Notes: generated by a model from the sequence alone, not told the origin. Positions 19,785 to 32,466 are shown, counted from the first letter of the stretch. The stretch is 64,000 nucleotides of DNA from Chitinophagaceae bacterium (GCA_036007765.1 DASYOM010000164.1:5512-69511), one strand, 5' to 3'. A program made the numbers and translations.

Positions 19785-20599
19785 TTAAAAAATTTCAGGT
19801 GTTTCATATTCTATTTCTTTCACATTAAATTTTGCATAACTAAAATCACCTTTTTTCAACCTCCAGAGTACTTACGCTCTTGTAGGTATTGTAATTCCGT
19901 TAATCGTTTTGTAATCTGCCATTTTACAAATCCATGTCTCCAATCTTTTTTCATCCATGTAGCGCTTTGTTTCCATTTGTATAATCTCTCCTGTATCATT
20001 AAACGTTACAATGTAAAACAGTGCTAAACCATTGTAATTAAAAGTTAGTTTGGCTGATGAATTATCAATAGCTATCCATTGTAATTTTTCTGAGGGTAAA
20101 AATTTGTTGGGAACCAAACACTTTCCGCAAGCCAACGCAATAATTCACTTTCATTATATTGTTGTTTTCCATGAACGTCTACAACGTTGATAGTTGATAA
20201 AATTGTTGCGATTAGTCTTCCTTCATTAGATAAATACATATCCCGTGCAACAAACATTGAGGTTGTGCCTTTCCAAATAAACCCTGGTTTTTCTGTGGTG
20301 AAATATTGTTCCCCTTCAATATTTACCCAGTGCTTTTTTAAGTCTGTTTTAAATTTTCCATCATGCTTCAATCTTATGTAACTAATGTATGGTTGCCCTT
20401 CTTTTAAAACATGTTTAAAATATCGTTGCACGGGTTCGGGTAAACCTGATAGCTGTTCATAGCTAAATGTTTTATCCGAAATATTTTTTGATTGTGAGAA
20501 TAACTGCTTTACTTCTTTATTGAATCGGATATATAAATTTATTTTTCCTGAGATGAATATGATTGCAATAAGTGCAACAACAATTAAAATATATAGCAT
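19785..20599 (-). pseudogene. DUF6544-like protein, frameshift plus nonsense
   Basis: LPEPVQRYF..EGEQYF..PGFIW..ELLRWLAESVWFPT; -1 T near 20100; TAA at 19872-19874 followed in frame by VLWRLKKGDFSYAKFNVKEIEY. Confidence 0.8.
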
Positions 20600-20616
20600 G
20601 AATTTTTTGATAAAGA

Positions 20617-21254
20617 TTAGTTTTGATTTGTAATAACCTTTTGCTTTTTAAAAAACATTGCAAGCAATAACATTGCTGCCGGAGCTGTAATTCCCCATGG
20701 TAATCCGAGAAGAAATAATTTTTGTGAAAACGTCGGGTAGAAATACACCGTTGCAATCAGAGGAGTAACAGGTCCGTTAGCCAGTAAGGATAACCTAATC
20801 CATTTTTGAAACCCCTTTTTCTCAAATACCGGAACAAGTGCAAAAGTTGCTAAACCCATAAATATATATCCCAACGCATCAAAATCCCAAAAGAGTGAAT
20901 GTGGCGTTTGTTTAAGAATAAGAATATTAGCTGCATCGCCTTTGAGAGACATAGGAATTACTGTTGTTAATTGAACAACATAATTTGCCGTAACAAAAAC
21001 TGCGTATATAACAGTGAAGATAAGAGCAGCATGGCTCCAGAATTTTTTGTCATCCGGTGTTACATAATGAAGCGCAAGAATTTCGATAACAAAAGGTATA
21101 ACAATGCAAAGCGAGGTTCCGAAAATCAAAATTTCATCTAATGGATATTTGAGGACACCAGCCATCTGCAATGCCTGAACAATACAAAATGCAACTGTTG
21201 CAATAAATGCAACAAGCCTGACCAAAAACCAATTTTATAGATTGTTATATTCAT
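20617..21254 (-). pseudogene. Polytopic membrane protein, N-terminal frameshift
   Basis: ATG 21254 MNITIYKIGFWSG joins LVAFIATVAF.. of the 20617..21225 ORF only with +1 nt near 21218; several TM segments. Confidence 0.6.
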
Positions 21255-21269
21255 ACGTGGACTTGTTGT

Positions 21270-22208
21270 TTATTTTGAATTTATGAATGTTGAAAGAAGC
21301 TTGTCTAAAGTAGGCGTTGCAACAGATGATGAATGGACTATCGTTAATACTTTTTCTGCCACTAACTGCATTTCATCTTTTGCTGCATTGGCATGGGGTG
21401 CCATACCCAGCGTTCCCATTTTACCTTGCATTGCATGTTGCCAATACATAACCGAAAACCATTTTGGCATTATCATAAAAATGATTTTTAAGTTGGTTGG
21501 CATAATAGGCAACCCAAGTTTTTTGCATGCTGAAAACCCTTCACTGATAGCTTTAACCATCTCCTGAATACTGCTTTTGTTTTTGCCTAACTGAATACTG
21601 TTTCCATTTTCTTTTATAATTGATGCAGAAACACAAGCCACAAAAACGGCGTGTGTTTTTAGCCATGCCTGCATGTTTGCAGTAATCACAGTTTCAAAAC
21701 CTACTGTTTCAAAACGAAGTTTTATCTCCTGAGTATGTTTTGAAACTTTACCATCCATTTCGCCGATAGTAGTTTTTTGCTGTTTTATTTGAATGTAGTC
21801 TACCCGGTTATCGTGGTAAATTCCTCCTGCTCCGGGAAAGCCTAACATTAAATGCTTTGGCGCCAGTTCATTCATTAAATACTCCATGCTGTCAGGATTG
21901 TTAAGCATGAACATAATTAAAGTGCATACAGTATTTTGCTTTAGTATTTTTATTACTGGTTCAAGCTGATCTAATCTAACGGTTACTATTATTAAATCGT
22001 AGAAGCCTGAAGGTGCTAATTCTTGGATTAGCGACACATTGTCGGTAGTTTGCCTGCCGGTTAAAACATCTTTAATAATTACTCCGTTTTGTTTTAAAGT
22101 TTCATAACGTTTTCCTCTTGCCAATAGCGTAACATCAGAATGTGATTGATGAAGCCTTGCGGCATAAACACTGCCAATTACACCTGCGCCATAAAAAAGA
22201 ATTTTCAT
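21270..22208 (-). CDS. Ketopantoate reductase (ApbA/PanE) family oxidoreductase
   Basis: MKILFYGAGVIGS Rossmann start, TLLARG, YDLIIVTVR, WLKTH. Confidence 0.85.
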   Translation of the reverse strand: MKILFYGAGVIGSVYAARLHQSHSDVTLLARGKRYETLKQNGVIIKDVLTGRQTTDNVSLIQELAPSGFYDLIIVTVRLDQLEPVIKILKQNTVCTLIMFMLNNPDSMEYLMNELAPKHLMLGFPGAGGIYHDNRVDYIQIKQQKTTIGEMDGKVSKHTQEIKLRFETVGFETVITANMQAWLKTHAVFVACVSASIIKENGNSIQLGKNKSSIQEMVKAISEGFSACKKLGLPIMPTNLKIIFMIMPKWFSVMYWQHAMQGKMGTLGMAPHANAAKDEMQLVAEKVLTIVHSSSVATPTLDKLLSTFINSK

Positions 22209-22272
22209 TTTTTGTTTTTATGTTCTTACAAACCATTCAAGTCGTTTTAATGAAACAGTTTGAGGATAGTTT

Positions 22273-22516
22273 TTATGTAGTATCATTCTTTTTACTATAG
22301 TCGTTATACCTTACCTCAATTTCTTCTGCCACGGCTTTAACTCCTATTATCCTTTTTGCTGCATCATTAGCTGCAAGTTTTTTTGAATAATTATCAACAA
22401 CTCCTGTCAATGTTATAATCCATCTTTAGCTGTTACACCAATTTCTGCCGCGTTTAGAAAGAGAGACCAATTGATCTCATCCTTAACATCTTTTTGCAAT
22501 TCTTATTTGATTTCAT
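22273..22516 (-). pseudogene. BON-domain (OsmY-like) protein remnant
   Basis: MKSNKELQKDVKDEINW..LNAAEIGVTAKDG, frameshift, ITLTGVVDNYSKKLAA..AAKRIIGVKAVAEEIEV, then truncated. Not in the ORF track. Confidence 0.8.
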
Positions 22517-22552
22517 TTTATCTGGTTTATTTGCAATTGATTTATTACATCA

Positions 22553-22617
22553 CAAAGATGATTACTATTGACCCATGAAGCATTACACTATTGGAGTAAT
22601 AAGTTATATAAATCGCA
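22553..22617 (-). promoter_or_regulatory. Putative AraC-activated promoter for the BON gene
   Basis: On the minus strand TGCGATTTATATAA-N16-TGTAA-N26-TTTG, the same geometry as 23282..23346. Confidence 0.6.
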
Positions 22618-22725
22618 TGTTTCTAAATAAGCAATTGCTTACTGAATTTAATTGAATGATGTTGCCAATTGTGGTATGAAAAGGGTTTATTCAACTACCT
22701 TTCCATATATTTTCAGGAAAAAAGA

Positions 22726-23286
22726 TTGAAACTTTATATTAAATACATGGTAAGCCTTCGTTGCAAAATGATGGTAAAAGAAGAACTGAAAAAACTTGGA
22801 TTGCATTATGCGACTGTTGATTTAGGAACGGTTGAGATTTTGGAAGATATTACACAGGAGCAACGCATTCAGCTGAAAAAAAACTTACTTCGTTCAGGGC
22901 TTGAATTATTGGATGATAAAAAAAGCATTCTAATCGAGAAAATAAAAGATGTAATTGTAGAAATGATTCATTATTCAGATGAATTACCAGAAGTGAATTA
23001 TTCTGATTATATAAGTGAAAAATTGCACCAGGATTACACTTACCTGTCCAATACTTTTTCGGAAGTGAAAGGTATTACCATACAGCAATTTATTATTATA
23101 AATAAAATTGAAAAGGTAAAAGAATTGATATTATACGACGAACTAAACCTAACCGAAATTTCCTATAAACTTCACTACAGCAGCGTTGCACATTTATCAA
23201 ATCAGTTCAAAAAAATTACCGGGCTTTCCCCTTCTTTCTTCAAAAAGTTAAAGCAAAAACGCCAGGGCAATTTAGAAAACCTGTGA
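22726..23286 (+). CDS. AraC family transcriptional regulator with HMA-like N-terminus
   Basis: LYIKYMVSLRC N-terminus; YLSNTFSEVKG..LTEISYKLHYSSVAHLSNQFKKITGLSPS HTH; TTG 22726 is the likely start. Confidence 0.9.
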   Translation: MKLYIKYMVSLRCKMMVKEELKKLGLHYATVDLGTVEILEDITQEQRIQLKKNLLRSGLELLDDKKSILIEKIKDVIVEMIHYSDELPEVNYSDYISEKLHQDYTYLSNTFSEVKGITIQQFIIINKIEKVKELILYDELNLTEISYKLHYSSVAHLSNQFKKITGLSPSFFKKLKQKRQGNLENL

Positions 23287-23346
23287 TTTATGTAAGGCTT
23301 TCCTTTTAATCTGTAAGGCTTTACATTTTTATTCAACTGAACTTTG
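23282..23346 (+). promoter_or_regulatory. Putative AraC-activated promoter for the cupin gene
   Basis: TGTGATTTATGTAA-N16-TGTAA-N26-TTTG; TGTAAGGCTTT direct repeat at 23291 and 23312 (21-bp period). Confidence 0.65.
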
Positions 23347-23412
23347 TACTATCATTATTTCTTATCGGCCGTTGCTTTTAAACCAGTGCTGTTGTGGCAA
23401 AAAAAAATAAAT

Positions 23413-23781
23413 ATGATTATAAATGCAGTGAAAGATCACAGTGGCTTTGCAGAATTAGAAAAATCAAAAGTTCATATTGTTGTTGAAATTATCGAATACA
23501 TGCCCAATGCCGTTGTAAGTAAAACAATCATCAAAAAGGCAACAGGTAACGTGACTGTTTCTTCGTTTGATACAGGTGAGGAATTAGCTGAGAAAACTTC
23601 GCCATTTGATAATTATATTCAAATCATTGACGGCGCTGCTGAAGTTACCATTGACGATAAAAAATATAAATTGAATTTAGGTGAAGCAATTATTATTCCT
23701 GCTCATGCGAAACATCACTTTAATGCTGATGTTCAATTCAAAATGATTTCAACAGTTATTAAAAGCGGTTATGAAGACTGA
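23413..23781 (+). CDS. Cupin domain protein
   Basis: VVSKTIIKK.TGNVT.SSFD.GE.L.EKTSPFD..GE.IIIPAH; ATG 23413 is the likely start. Confidence 0.85.
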   Translation: MIINAVKDHSGFAELEKSKVHIVVEIIEYMPNAVVSKTIIKKATGNVTVSSFDTGEELAEKTSPFDNYIQIIDGAAEVTIDDKKYKLNLGEAIIIPAHAKHHFNADVQFKMISTVIKSGYED

Positions 23782-24022
23782 TAAATCAACCGTCAGAAAA
23801 ATCAGAAGCAATTGTCGATTTAAAGTGGAATAACCCTGGAGTATTCCCGGAGAAAGAAGAGGCAAGGACATTTCGCTTTACATTTTGAAAAGCGGTTTGC
23901 TTCCGGTGCATAACAAAAGAGCATTATTTGGAAAATAAGAAAATATTAGAAACGGTTTAGCAAAAAAAAACCATTGATATTTTGAAATATAATTTCATAA
24001 AAATTTAATAAAAATTAAAAAG

Positions 24023-24250
24023 ATGGAAAACAAAAAAGTATTACAAAAGAACAGTGTCAATAAAGTCAAACCTGATGTAACCCCAGTTGACAAAAAAGTT
24101 GCAGGAAAAAAGCCATTGAAAAAATCATCTGCTTTGCTTGCGGCGTCCAAGGCACGCAGTGCGGTCGGTGGAGTAAATGCTCATTCTTCAAAAGATGTAA
24201 GAGGTTCCAGCGGCCTGGCAAATACAGGAACTATTATTTCTTATGACTAA
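24023..24250 (+). CDS. Small Lys-rich hypothetical protein
   Basis: 75 aa ORF with an A-rich leader; C-terminus SGLANTGTIISYD. Confidence 0.55.
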   Translation: MENKKVLQKNSVNKVKPDVTPVDKKVAGKKPLKKSSALLAASKARSAVGGVNAHSSKDVRGSSGLANTGTIISYD

Positions 24251-24328
24251 TCATTTTAAAATGAACCGGTTTTTAATTCTTTAAAAAAAGACAAGTTCTT
24301 CTGATAGCCAAATAGATTTTAAACCTGT

Positions 24329-24342
24329 ATGACGAAAATCAT
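24329..24342. promoter_or_regulatory. FNR-like box upstream of the adh-N-ATPase operon
   Basis: ATGAC-GAAA-ATCAT, ~95 bp upstream of the adh ATG. Confidence 0.6.
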
Positions 24343-24437
24343 CTTTTTTTAAGAGTAAGGTAAATTAAATAAACTCTTGGAATGAGGAATTTTGAGAACT
24401 GAATAAAACAATTAATCTGACACATAAAATAATATAA

Positions 24438-25553
24438 ATGACAACCACAATTGAAAAGAAACCGGAAGTTTCAAACAAACAGGTACAAACAAAAGCAGCC
24501 GCAAACGGTCATGCAACAATGAAAGGTTTAGTATATAACGGACCTGGAAGAATTGCTTTAAAACAAATACCAAAACCTGTTATTGAAAAATCAACAGATG
24601 CTTTGGTGAAAGTTATAAAGACCACGATTTGTGGAACCGATTTAGGCATCCTACATGGTAAAACGCCATCGGTAAAACCGGGTACAACATTAGGTCACGA
24701 AGGTGTTGGTGTAATAGAGGAAGTGGGAACTTCTGTCACTAATTTTAAAAAGGGTGATCATGTCATCATCTCGTGTATTACATCCGATGGTAGCTGTGAA
24801 TATTGTAAAAAACAATTGTATTCGCATTGCGAAGATGGTGGCTGGATATTAGGACATTTAATTAATGGCACACAAGCTGAGTATGTTCGCATTCCACATG
24901 CTAATAACAGTCTGTATTTAATTCCGCCAAATTCTGATGAAGAAGCGTTGGTGATGCTGAGCGATATTTTACCAACCGGTTTTGAAATAGGCGTTATTGC
25001 AGGACAGGTTCAGCCCGGAGATACGATTGCTATTGTTGGCGCCGGACCAATTGGTATGGCAGCTTTGCTTACGGCGCAATTTTATTCTCCGGCAAAAGTT
25101 TATATGATTGACCTGGATGATAATCGCTTAGAGATGGCAAAAAAATTCGGTGCCACACATACCATTAATTCAGGCAATGAAGATGCAGTAAAAAGAACGC
25201 TGGCTGAAACAAAAGATGGCGTTGATGTAGCCATTGAAGCAGTTGGTATTCCTGCAACTTTCGATATATGCCAAAAGATCGTTCGTCCCGGCGGGCACCT
25301 CGCCAACATTGGTGTGCATGGCAAACCCGTTGACCTGCAGATTCAAAATCTATGGATACAAAACATCACCATCACAATGGGTTTGGTAAACACAAATACA
25401 ACGCCGATGCTTTTGAAAACAGTTTCATCAGGCAAGCTGCAACCGGATAAATTAATCACACATCATTTCAAATTAGATGATATAATGAAAGCTTACGAGG
25501 TGTTTGGTAATGCAGGCAAAGAGAAAGCATTGAAAGTGATCATCGAATCATAA
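24438..25553 (+). CDS. Zinc-dependent alcohol dehydrogenase (MDR family)
   Basis: ICGTD, GHEGVG, structural Zn ligands (D/C)GSCEYC..C, GAGPIG. Confidence 0.93.
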   Translation: MTTTIEKKPEVSNKQVQTKAAANGHATMKGLVYNGPGRIALKQIPKPVIEKSTDALVKVIKTTICGTDLGILHGKTPSVKPGTTLGHEGVGVIEEVGTSVTNFKKGDHVIISCITSDGSCEYCKKQLYSHCEDGGWILGHLINGTQAEYVRIPHANNSLYLIPPNSDEEALVMLSDILPTGFEIGVIAGQVQPGDTIAIVGAGPIGMAALLTAQFYSPAKVYMIDLDDNRLEMAKKFGATHTINSGNEDAVKRTLAETKDGVDVAIEAVGIPATFDICQKIVRPGGHLANIGVHGKPVDLQIQNLWIQNITITMGLVNTNTTPMLLKTVSSGKLQPDKLITHHFKLDDIMKAYEVFGNAGKEKALKVIIES

Positions 25554-27101
<1,548 letters not shown>

Positions 27102-27111
27102 AAAAATCAAA

Positions 27112-27513
27112 ATGGAAAACATAACAATGAGCTTAAGGATACTGCTTCCATTTAGAGTTTTTGCGGAAGCAAAAAATGTGAGCCGAATTGTTATAGAAAC
27201 AAGTGAGGGTTCTTATGGCTTTTTACCGCAAAGGCTCGATTGTGTGGCTGCATTGGTGCCCGGTATTCTAACGTACGAGACAGAAGCGAAAGTTCATTAT
27301 ATAGCAGTTAATGAAGGCTTGGTGGTAAAAGCTGGCACCGAAGTATTGGTATCTGTTCGCAATGCCATTGGAGGCGCAGACTTGGGCAAACTGCATGAAT
27401 CAGTTGAAAAAGATTTTAAGAGCCTGGATGAAAGTGAAAAAAATATTCGCAGCGTTTCGGCGAAGCTGGAAAGCAGTTTTATTTATACGCTTCAAAAATT
27501 TCATAAAGAATAA
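27112..27513 (+). CDS. atpC: N-ATPase epsilon subunit
   Basis: LRILLP..GSYGFLPQRLDCVAALVPGIL; position in the operon. Confidence 0.93.
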   Translation: MENITMSLRILLPFRVFAEAKNVSRIVIETSEGSYGFLPQRLDCVAALVPGILTYETEAKVHYIAVNEGLVVKAGTEVLVSVRNAIGGADLGKLHESVEKDFKSLDESEKNIRSVSAKLESSFIYTLQKFHKE

Positions 27514-27515
27514 CC

Positions 27516-27836
27516 ATGGCATCCATTGAAGATGATAAAGGTTCGTTTAGCCGGAAGATAGCTGAAAAAGAAAAACGAAAATTGCGATCGCTGCATGAAA
27601 ATAAGGGTGTTTGGTTCGGCTTGGGAATGATGGGAATGATAGGCTGGTCTGTAGCAGTGCCTTCATTATTAGGTGCGGCATTGGGCGTATGGTTAGATAA
27701 AAAATACCCTGAATCATTTTCCTGGACACTGACCTTTTTGATTGCTGGTTTAATTGCGGGTAGCGTGATTGCCTGGTATTGGGTTGACAAAGAAGACAAA
27801 GCAATGCATCAAAATAAAAACGAAGACAATGAATGA
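27516..27836 (+). CDS. atpQ: N-ATPase AtpQ (AtpZ/AtpI-like)
   Basis: GLGMMGMIGWSVAVP.LLG..LG.WLD; two TM segments; position. Confidence 0.88.
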   Translation: MASIEDDKGSFSRKIAEKEKRKLRSLHENKGVWFGLGMMGMIGWSVAVPSLLGAALGVWLDKKYPESFSWTLTFLIAGLIAGSVIAWYWVDKEDKAMHQNKNEDNE

Positions 27837-28143
27837 CATTTTAAACACAACATTAGTTTTCATAAGCGGGCTTGCCCTGGGGACACTGTTCTTTGGCGGC
27901 CTTTGGCTTACTGTAAAAAAATCGGTTGCATCAAAAACACCTGCCCTTTGGATCCTCGGAAGTTTCGCTTTAAGGACGGCGATTACGTTGCTTGGGTTTT
28001 ATTTCATAGGTGCAGATAACTTTCAGAGAATGCTTATCTGCCTGCTTGGTTTTATAGCAGCCAGGTTCATCGTTATCTATTTTACCAAACGGGATAAAGC
28101 AACCCAAATCCGGTTAAAAACAGGAACCAATCATGAAGCTTAG
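27829..28143 (+). CDS. atpR: N-ATPase AtpR subunit
   Basis: LFFGGLWLTV, SFALR and GFIAAR (two intramembrane Arg); ATG 27829 overlaps atpQ. Confidence 0.88.
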   Translation: MNDILNTTLVFISGLALGTLFFGGLWLTVKKSVASKTPALWILGSFALRTAITLLGFYFIGADNFQRMLICLLGFIAARFIVIYFTKRDKATQIRLKTGTNHEA

Positions 28144-28852
28144 TCCTGATGAAACTATATTTTGGCAACATGGGTTTATCACTATAAACTTAACCATTGT
28201 TACTACGTGGGCATTAATGCTTGTATTGGTGGTGTCTTCAAAATTGATAACAAGGAAACTAAAAACAGGCATTCATATTTCACGCTGGCAGTGCATACTC
28301 GAAATGATTGTAACTACCATTAGCAGCCAGATCAAAGAAGTAGGATTGGATAACCCAAAAAAATATGTCGGCTTCATCGGCACTTTATTTTTGTTTATTG
28401 CCATAGCTAATCTCTGTATAATATTTCCATGGTACGAGCCACCCACTGCTTCACTTTCTACTACAACTGCACTGGCGATCTGTGTGTTTTTGGCCGTGCC
28501 TTTTTTCGGTATTGAAAAAGGAGGTATAAAAGGTTATCTGGCAACTTATATTGAACCAACACCTATAATGCTACCATTCAATCTTATCAGCGAAGTAACC
28601 CGCACACTTGCTTTGGCAGTAAGATTATTCGGAAACATTATGAGCGGTGGAATGATCGTGGCTATCCTGTTAAGTATCTCACCCTTTATATTTCCGGTTA
28701 TCATGAATATGCTGGGCTTGCTTACCGGCATGGTACAAGCCTATATTTTCAGCATCCTTGCAACGGTTTATATAGCGGGTGCCGTACAGGTAAAACAAAA
28801 AGATAAAATCAAATTAAAAACAAAAAAACAAAAAGACAATAAAAATGGATAG
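28133..28852 (+). CDS. atpB: N-ATPase Fo subunit a
   Basis: PPTASLSTT, RTLALAVRLFGN, QAYIF. Confidence 0.95.
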   Translation: MKLSPDETIFWQHGFITINLTIVTTWALMLVLVVSSKLITRKLKTGIHISRWQCILEMIVTTISSQIKEVGLDNPKKYVGFIGTLFLFIAIANLCIIFPWYEPPTASLSTTTALAICVFLAVPFFGIEKGGIKGYLATYIEPTPIMLPFNLISEVTRTLALAVRLFGNIMSGGMIVAILLSISPFIFPVIMNMLGLLTGMVQAYIFSILATVYIAGAVQVKQKDKIKLKTKKQKDNKNG

Positions 28853-29114
28853 CGTAACTACTATAGCAATAGCATCAATTATTACTGCCGGAATTACTAC
28901 CGGTATTGGAACAATGTTTCCTGCGTTAAGCGAAGGAAAGGCTGTGGCATCAGCTTTAAATTCATTGGCACAACAACCCGATGCAGCACCCACTATTACA
29001 AGAACTTTATTCGTGGGCCTGGCAATGATTGAATCCACAGCAATTTATTGTTTCGTGGTTTCAATGATTCTCATTTTCGCCAACCCTTTCTGGAACCACA
29101 TCATCGCAAAATAA
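28845..29114 (+). CDS. atpE: N-ATPase Fo subunit c (Na+-binding signature)
   Basis: Helix-1 Glu (ALSEG), loop QQP, helix-2 IESTAIY (ESTxxY). Confidence 0.95.
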   Translation: MDSVTTIAIASIITAGITTGIGTMFPALSEGKAVASALNSLAQQPDAAPTITRTLFVGLAMIESTAIYCFVVSMILIFANPFWNHIIAK

Positions 29115-29120
29115 CCGACA

Positions 29121-30011
29121 ATGAAAATTAACTGGTTCACAGTTATAGCACAGGTAATTAATTTCCTCATTTTAGTGTGGTTGCTGAAACGCTTTTTGTA
29201 TAAACCTATTCTAAAGGCTGTTGATGAACGTGAAAAGAAAATCACTTCCCAACTGAAGGATGCAAAGGCTGAAAAAGCAGAAGCGAAAAAAGAGCAGGAT
29301 GAATTTGCCAAGAAGAATGATGACTTCGATCAGCAAAAAAAGGCATTGATGGACAAAGCTGTTGCTGACACCAACGACGAGAAAAATAAATTGCTGGAAG
29401 CCGCGAGGAAAGAAGCGAATGATCTCCAGGTTAAACTTGAAAAGGCAGCCAAAGATGTCCAGGAAAAAATGAAAGAAAGGCTGGTGCAAAAAGTGCAGGA
29501 TGAGGTGTTTGCTATTTCAAGAAAAACGCTCACTGATCTTGCCTCCGTTAGTCTCGAAGAGCAATCTGCCAATTTGTTTATTAAGCGACTGGATGAATTA
29601 AAAGACAATGAAAAAAAACAATTCATTGACGCATTCAAAGCAGATGCAAAGCCCGTGTTGATACGAAGTGCATTTGAGTTACCGGCAAAGCAACAAACAG
29701 AAATAAAAAAATCTGTGCATGACATACTCGGCGCAAAAACACATTATGAATTCGCTGTTGCCCCGGAAATAATCAGTGGGATCGAGCTTAGTGCAAACGG
29801 TTATAAACTGTCCTGGAGTATTTCGGAATATCTCACTTCACTTGAAAAAAGTATTGGTGAAACCATCGAAGAAAATACGAAGACAGAAACGGTAAAGAAA
29901 CCGGAACCCGAAGCTAAAGCAGCAACAGAAAATAAATCAAATTCGGAAACAAACCCGGAACCTAACGTAAAGGCAGAGCCGAAAAAAGAGGCGATAGCAG
30001 AAAAAAAATAA
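29121..30011 (+). CDS. atpF: N-ATPase subunit b with fused delta-like domain
   Basis: [28 protein letters not shown], coiled coil, ISGIEL..GYKLSWS domain. Confidence 0.93.
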   Translation: MKINWFTVIAQVINFLILVWLLKRFLYKPILKAVDEREKKITSQLKDAKAEKAEAKKEQDEFAKKNDDFDQQKKALMDKAVADTNDEKNKLLEAARKEANDLQVKLEKAAKDVQEKMKERLVQKVQDEVFAISRKTLTDLASVSLEEQSANLFIKRLDELKDNEKKQFIDAFKADAKPVLIRSAFELPAKQQTEIKKSVHDILGAKTHYEFAVAPEIISGIELSANGYKLSWSISEYLTSLEKSIGETIEENTKTETVKKPEPEAKAATENKSNSETNPEPNVKAEPKKEAIAEKK

Positions 30012-30012
30012 T

Positions 30013-31566
30013 ATGCCACCTGATGAATTAAATAATGCTATAGACAACAACCTTACTGAATTAAGTAAGGCCAGGAAGAATTATGAATTTTCTTTTGTGC
30101 CCCGTGAAGTAGGTTATGTAACAAGCGTATCAACCGGCATTGTAAAAGTTTCGGGGCTTCCCGGTGCAGGCTTTGAAGAATTGTTGAAGTTTCCAGGTGG
30201 CTTATCCGGCATAGCTTATAATATTGACGAAGATGAAATCGGCGCTATTCTGCTTGGAGAAGATTCGCTTTTAAATGCCGGTGATGAAGTGGAAAGAACC
30301 GGCCGTGTTATGGACATTCCCGTTGGAGATTCATTGATAGGAAGAGTGGTTAATCCTTTGGGTGAACCCATGGATGGCAAAGGCGCTATAGCTCATAAAC
30401 AACGGCTTCCCATAGAGCGGCCTGCGCATGCCATCATGGATCGCAGTGCTGTAACAGTTCCTTTGCAGACCGGCTTAAAAGTAATTGATGCATTAATCCC
30501 GATCGGTCGCGGTCAGCGTGAATTGATTTTAGGCGATCGCCAAACGGGTAAGACAGCCATTGCGATTGACACCATTCTTAACCAGCGTGGCAAAAATGTA
30601 ATATGCGTTTATTGCGCCATTGCGCAGCGGGCATCGTCAGTGGCAAAAGTAATAGCAAGGCTCACGGAAAAAGGAGCGATGGAATATACAATACTTGTTG
30701 TGGCGGAAGGAAACAATTCGCCGGGGTTAAATTATATCGCACCTTATGCAGCCACCAGCATTGCCGAATATTTTATGGAACAGGGTCGTGATGTGTTGAT
30801 CGTTTATGATGATCTTACCCATCATGCACGTGCTTATCGCGAGCTTTCTTTGTTGTTGAGAAGGCCACCGGGAAGGGAAGCTTTTCCCGGGGATATTTTT
30901 TATATTCATTCAAGATTATTAGAAAGAGCCACGCACTTAAGTGACGATCTTAAAGGCGGGTCACTTACCGCTCTGCCGATTATTGAAACGGAAGCTCAAA
31001 ATATTTCGGCATATATTCCTACCAATCTTATTTCCATCACCGATGGCCAGATATATCTTTCTCCCGAGCTTTTTGAATTAGGCATTCTGCCGGCAGTAGA
31101 TGTAGGCAAATCCGTTTCGCGTGTTGGAGGCAAAGCACAATTGGCTGCTTATCGTGCGGTAACAGGTAATTTGAAATTAGCTTATTCGCAATTTGAAGAG
31201 TTGGAAAATTATGCACGTTTCGGTACAAGGCTGGATGATAACACACGCAAAATTATTGAACATGGAAAGCGTATCAGGACGTGGTTAAAACAACAGGAGC
31301 TTCAGCCACGGGCGGTACCTGAGCAAATTGTTGTGTTGCTTGCATTGACGAGCAAATTATTTGAAAATATATCAATCGAAAAAATGCAGGAAGCTGAAGC
31401 TGCTTTGGTGGCGATAAGTAAAGACCTTCCGGAAGATATGCTTAAGCGATTATTTTCTGATGAGGGGTTGAGCAAACCGGATAATGAAGAAATATTAAAA
31501 AGGGCCACAGCCGCACTTATTCCTTTTCAGCAAAAGCCGGAGGATGACAAACAAAAAGCATCTTAA
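30013..31566 (+). CDS. atpA: N-ATPase F1 alpha subunit
   Basis: [37 protein letters not shown]. Confidence 0.97.
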   Translation: MPPDELNNAIDNNLTELSKARKNYEFSFVPREVGYVTSVSTGIVKVSGLPGAGFEELLKFPGGLSGIAYNIDEDEIGAILLGEDSLLNAGDEVERTGRVMDIPVGDSLIGRVVNPLGEPMDGKGAIAHKQRLPIERPAHAIMDRSAVTVPLQTGLKVIDALIPIGRGQRELILGDRQTGKTAIAIDTILNQRGKNVICVYCAIAQRASSVAKVIARLTEKGAMEYTILVVAEGNNSPGLNYIAPYAATSIAEYFMEQGRDVLIVYDDLTHHARAYRELSLLLRRPPGREAFPGDIFYIHSRLLERATHLSDDLKGGSLTALPIIETEAQNISAYIPTNLISITDGQIYLSPELFELGILPAVDVGKSVSRVGGKAQLAAYRAVTGNLKLAYSQFEELENYARFGTRLDDNTRKIIEHGKRIRTWLKQQELQPRAVPEQIVVLLALTSKLFENISIEKMQEAEAALVAISKDLPEDMLKRLFSDEGLSKPDNEEILKRATAALIPFQQKPEDDKQKAS

Positions 31567-31572
31567 AAAAAA

Positions 31573-32466
31573 ATGGATACTTTAGAGAGTTTACGCACAA
31601 AAATTGATGGGGCTAAAGATCTTAAGTCTGTAGTTAAAACGATGAAGGCCGTCGCCGCTTCAAACATAGGGCAATACGAATCTGCTGTTGCCTCACTGGG
31701 CGATTATTATCGCACTATTGCCTTAGGGATCATTGCTTATTTAAGAGCTGAAAAAATAGAAACCATCAACAGTAAACCGGTGCTTAAAACAAACACAGAA
31801 GATTTAACCGGTGTAGTTGTTTTTGGTTCAGACCAGGGATTGGTAGGCCCGTTCAACGATTCACTCACGGCTTTTGTAAATACCTCGTTAAAAGATATAC
31901 CTGGCAAAAAAGAAATCTGGGCTGTAGGAGAACGTATCCCATTGCTTCTTGCCGATGTTGGCTTTGCGCCTGCTAAATTATTTTCAGTTCCCGGTACGGT
32001 GAATGCGGTCACTCCGTTGGTTGGGGAAATCATAATTACGGCGCAAGAAAATCTCGACAAAGGAGAATTGAAGGCTGTCTATATTTTTCACAATCAACCA
32101 AAACCGGGCGCAGGCTACCTTCCCGTAATGCAGCGGTTGTTGCCATTGGATGAAAAATGGCGGAGCACCATCACTGAATTAAAATGGCCCAATAATAAAA
32201 TACCACAGGTGGCAGGTGGTTTGCAGCCCACTTTATCAGCCCTCATCCGGGAATATCTTTTTGTGTCGCTGTTTAAAGCATGTACCGAATCTTTGGCGAG
32301 TGAAAATGCAAGTCGCTTAAATTCCATGCAGCGTGCAGAAAAAAACATAGGTGATCTGCTGGATGATCTGAATAAAAATTACCATCGCCTGCGACAAAGT
32401 AGTATTGATGAAGAATTATTTGATGTGGTTTCAGGCTTTGAAGCTTTAAAGAATGGAACAAACTAA
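31573..32466 (+). CDS. atpG: N-ATPase F1 gamma subunit
   Basis: SVVKTMKAVAA, GSDQGLVG.FN, SENASRL.SM, RLRQSSIDEEL. Confidence 0.95.
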   Translation: MDTLESLRTKIDGAKDLKSVVKTMKAVAASNIGQYESAVASLGDYYRTIALGIIAYLRAEKIETINSKPVLKTNTEDLTGVVVFGSDQGLVGPFNDSLTAFVNTSLKDIPGKKEIWAVGERIPLLLADVGFAPAKLFSVPGTVNAVTPLVGEIIITAQENLDKGELKAVYIFHNQPKPGAGYLPVMQRLLPLDEKWRSTITELKWPNNKIPQVAGGLQPTLSALIREYLFVSLFKACTESLASENASRLNSMQRAEKNIGDLLDDLNKNYHRLRQSSIDEELFDVVSGFEALKNGTN

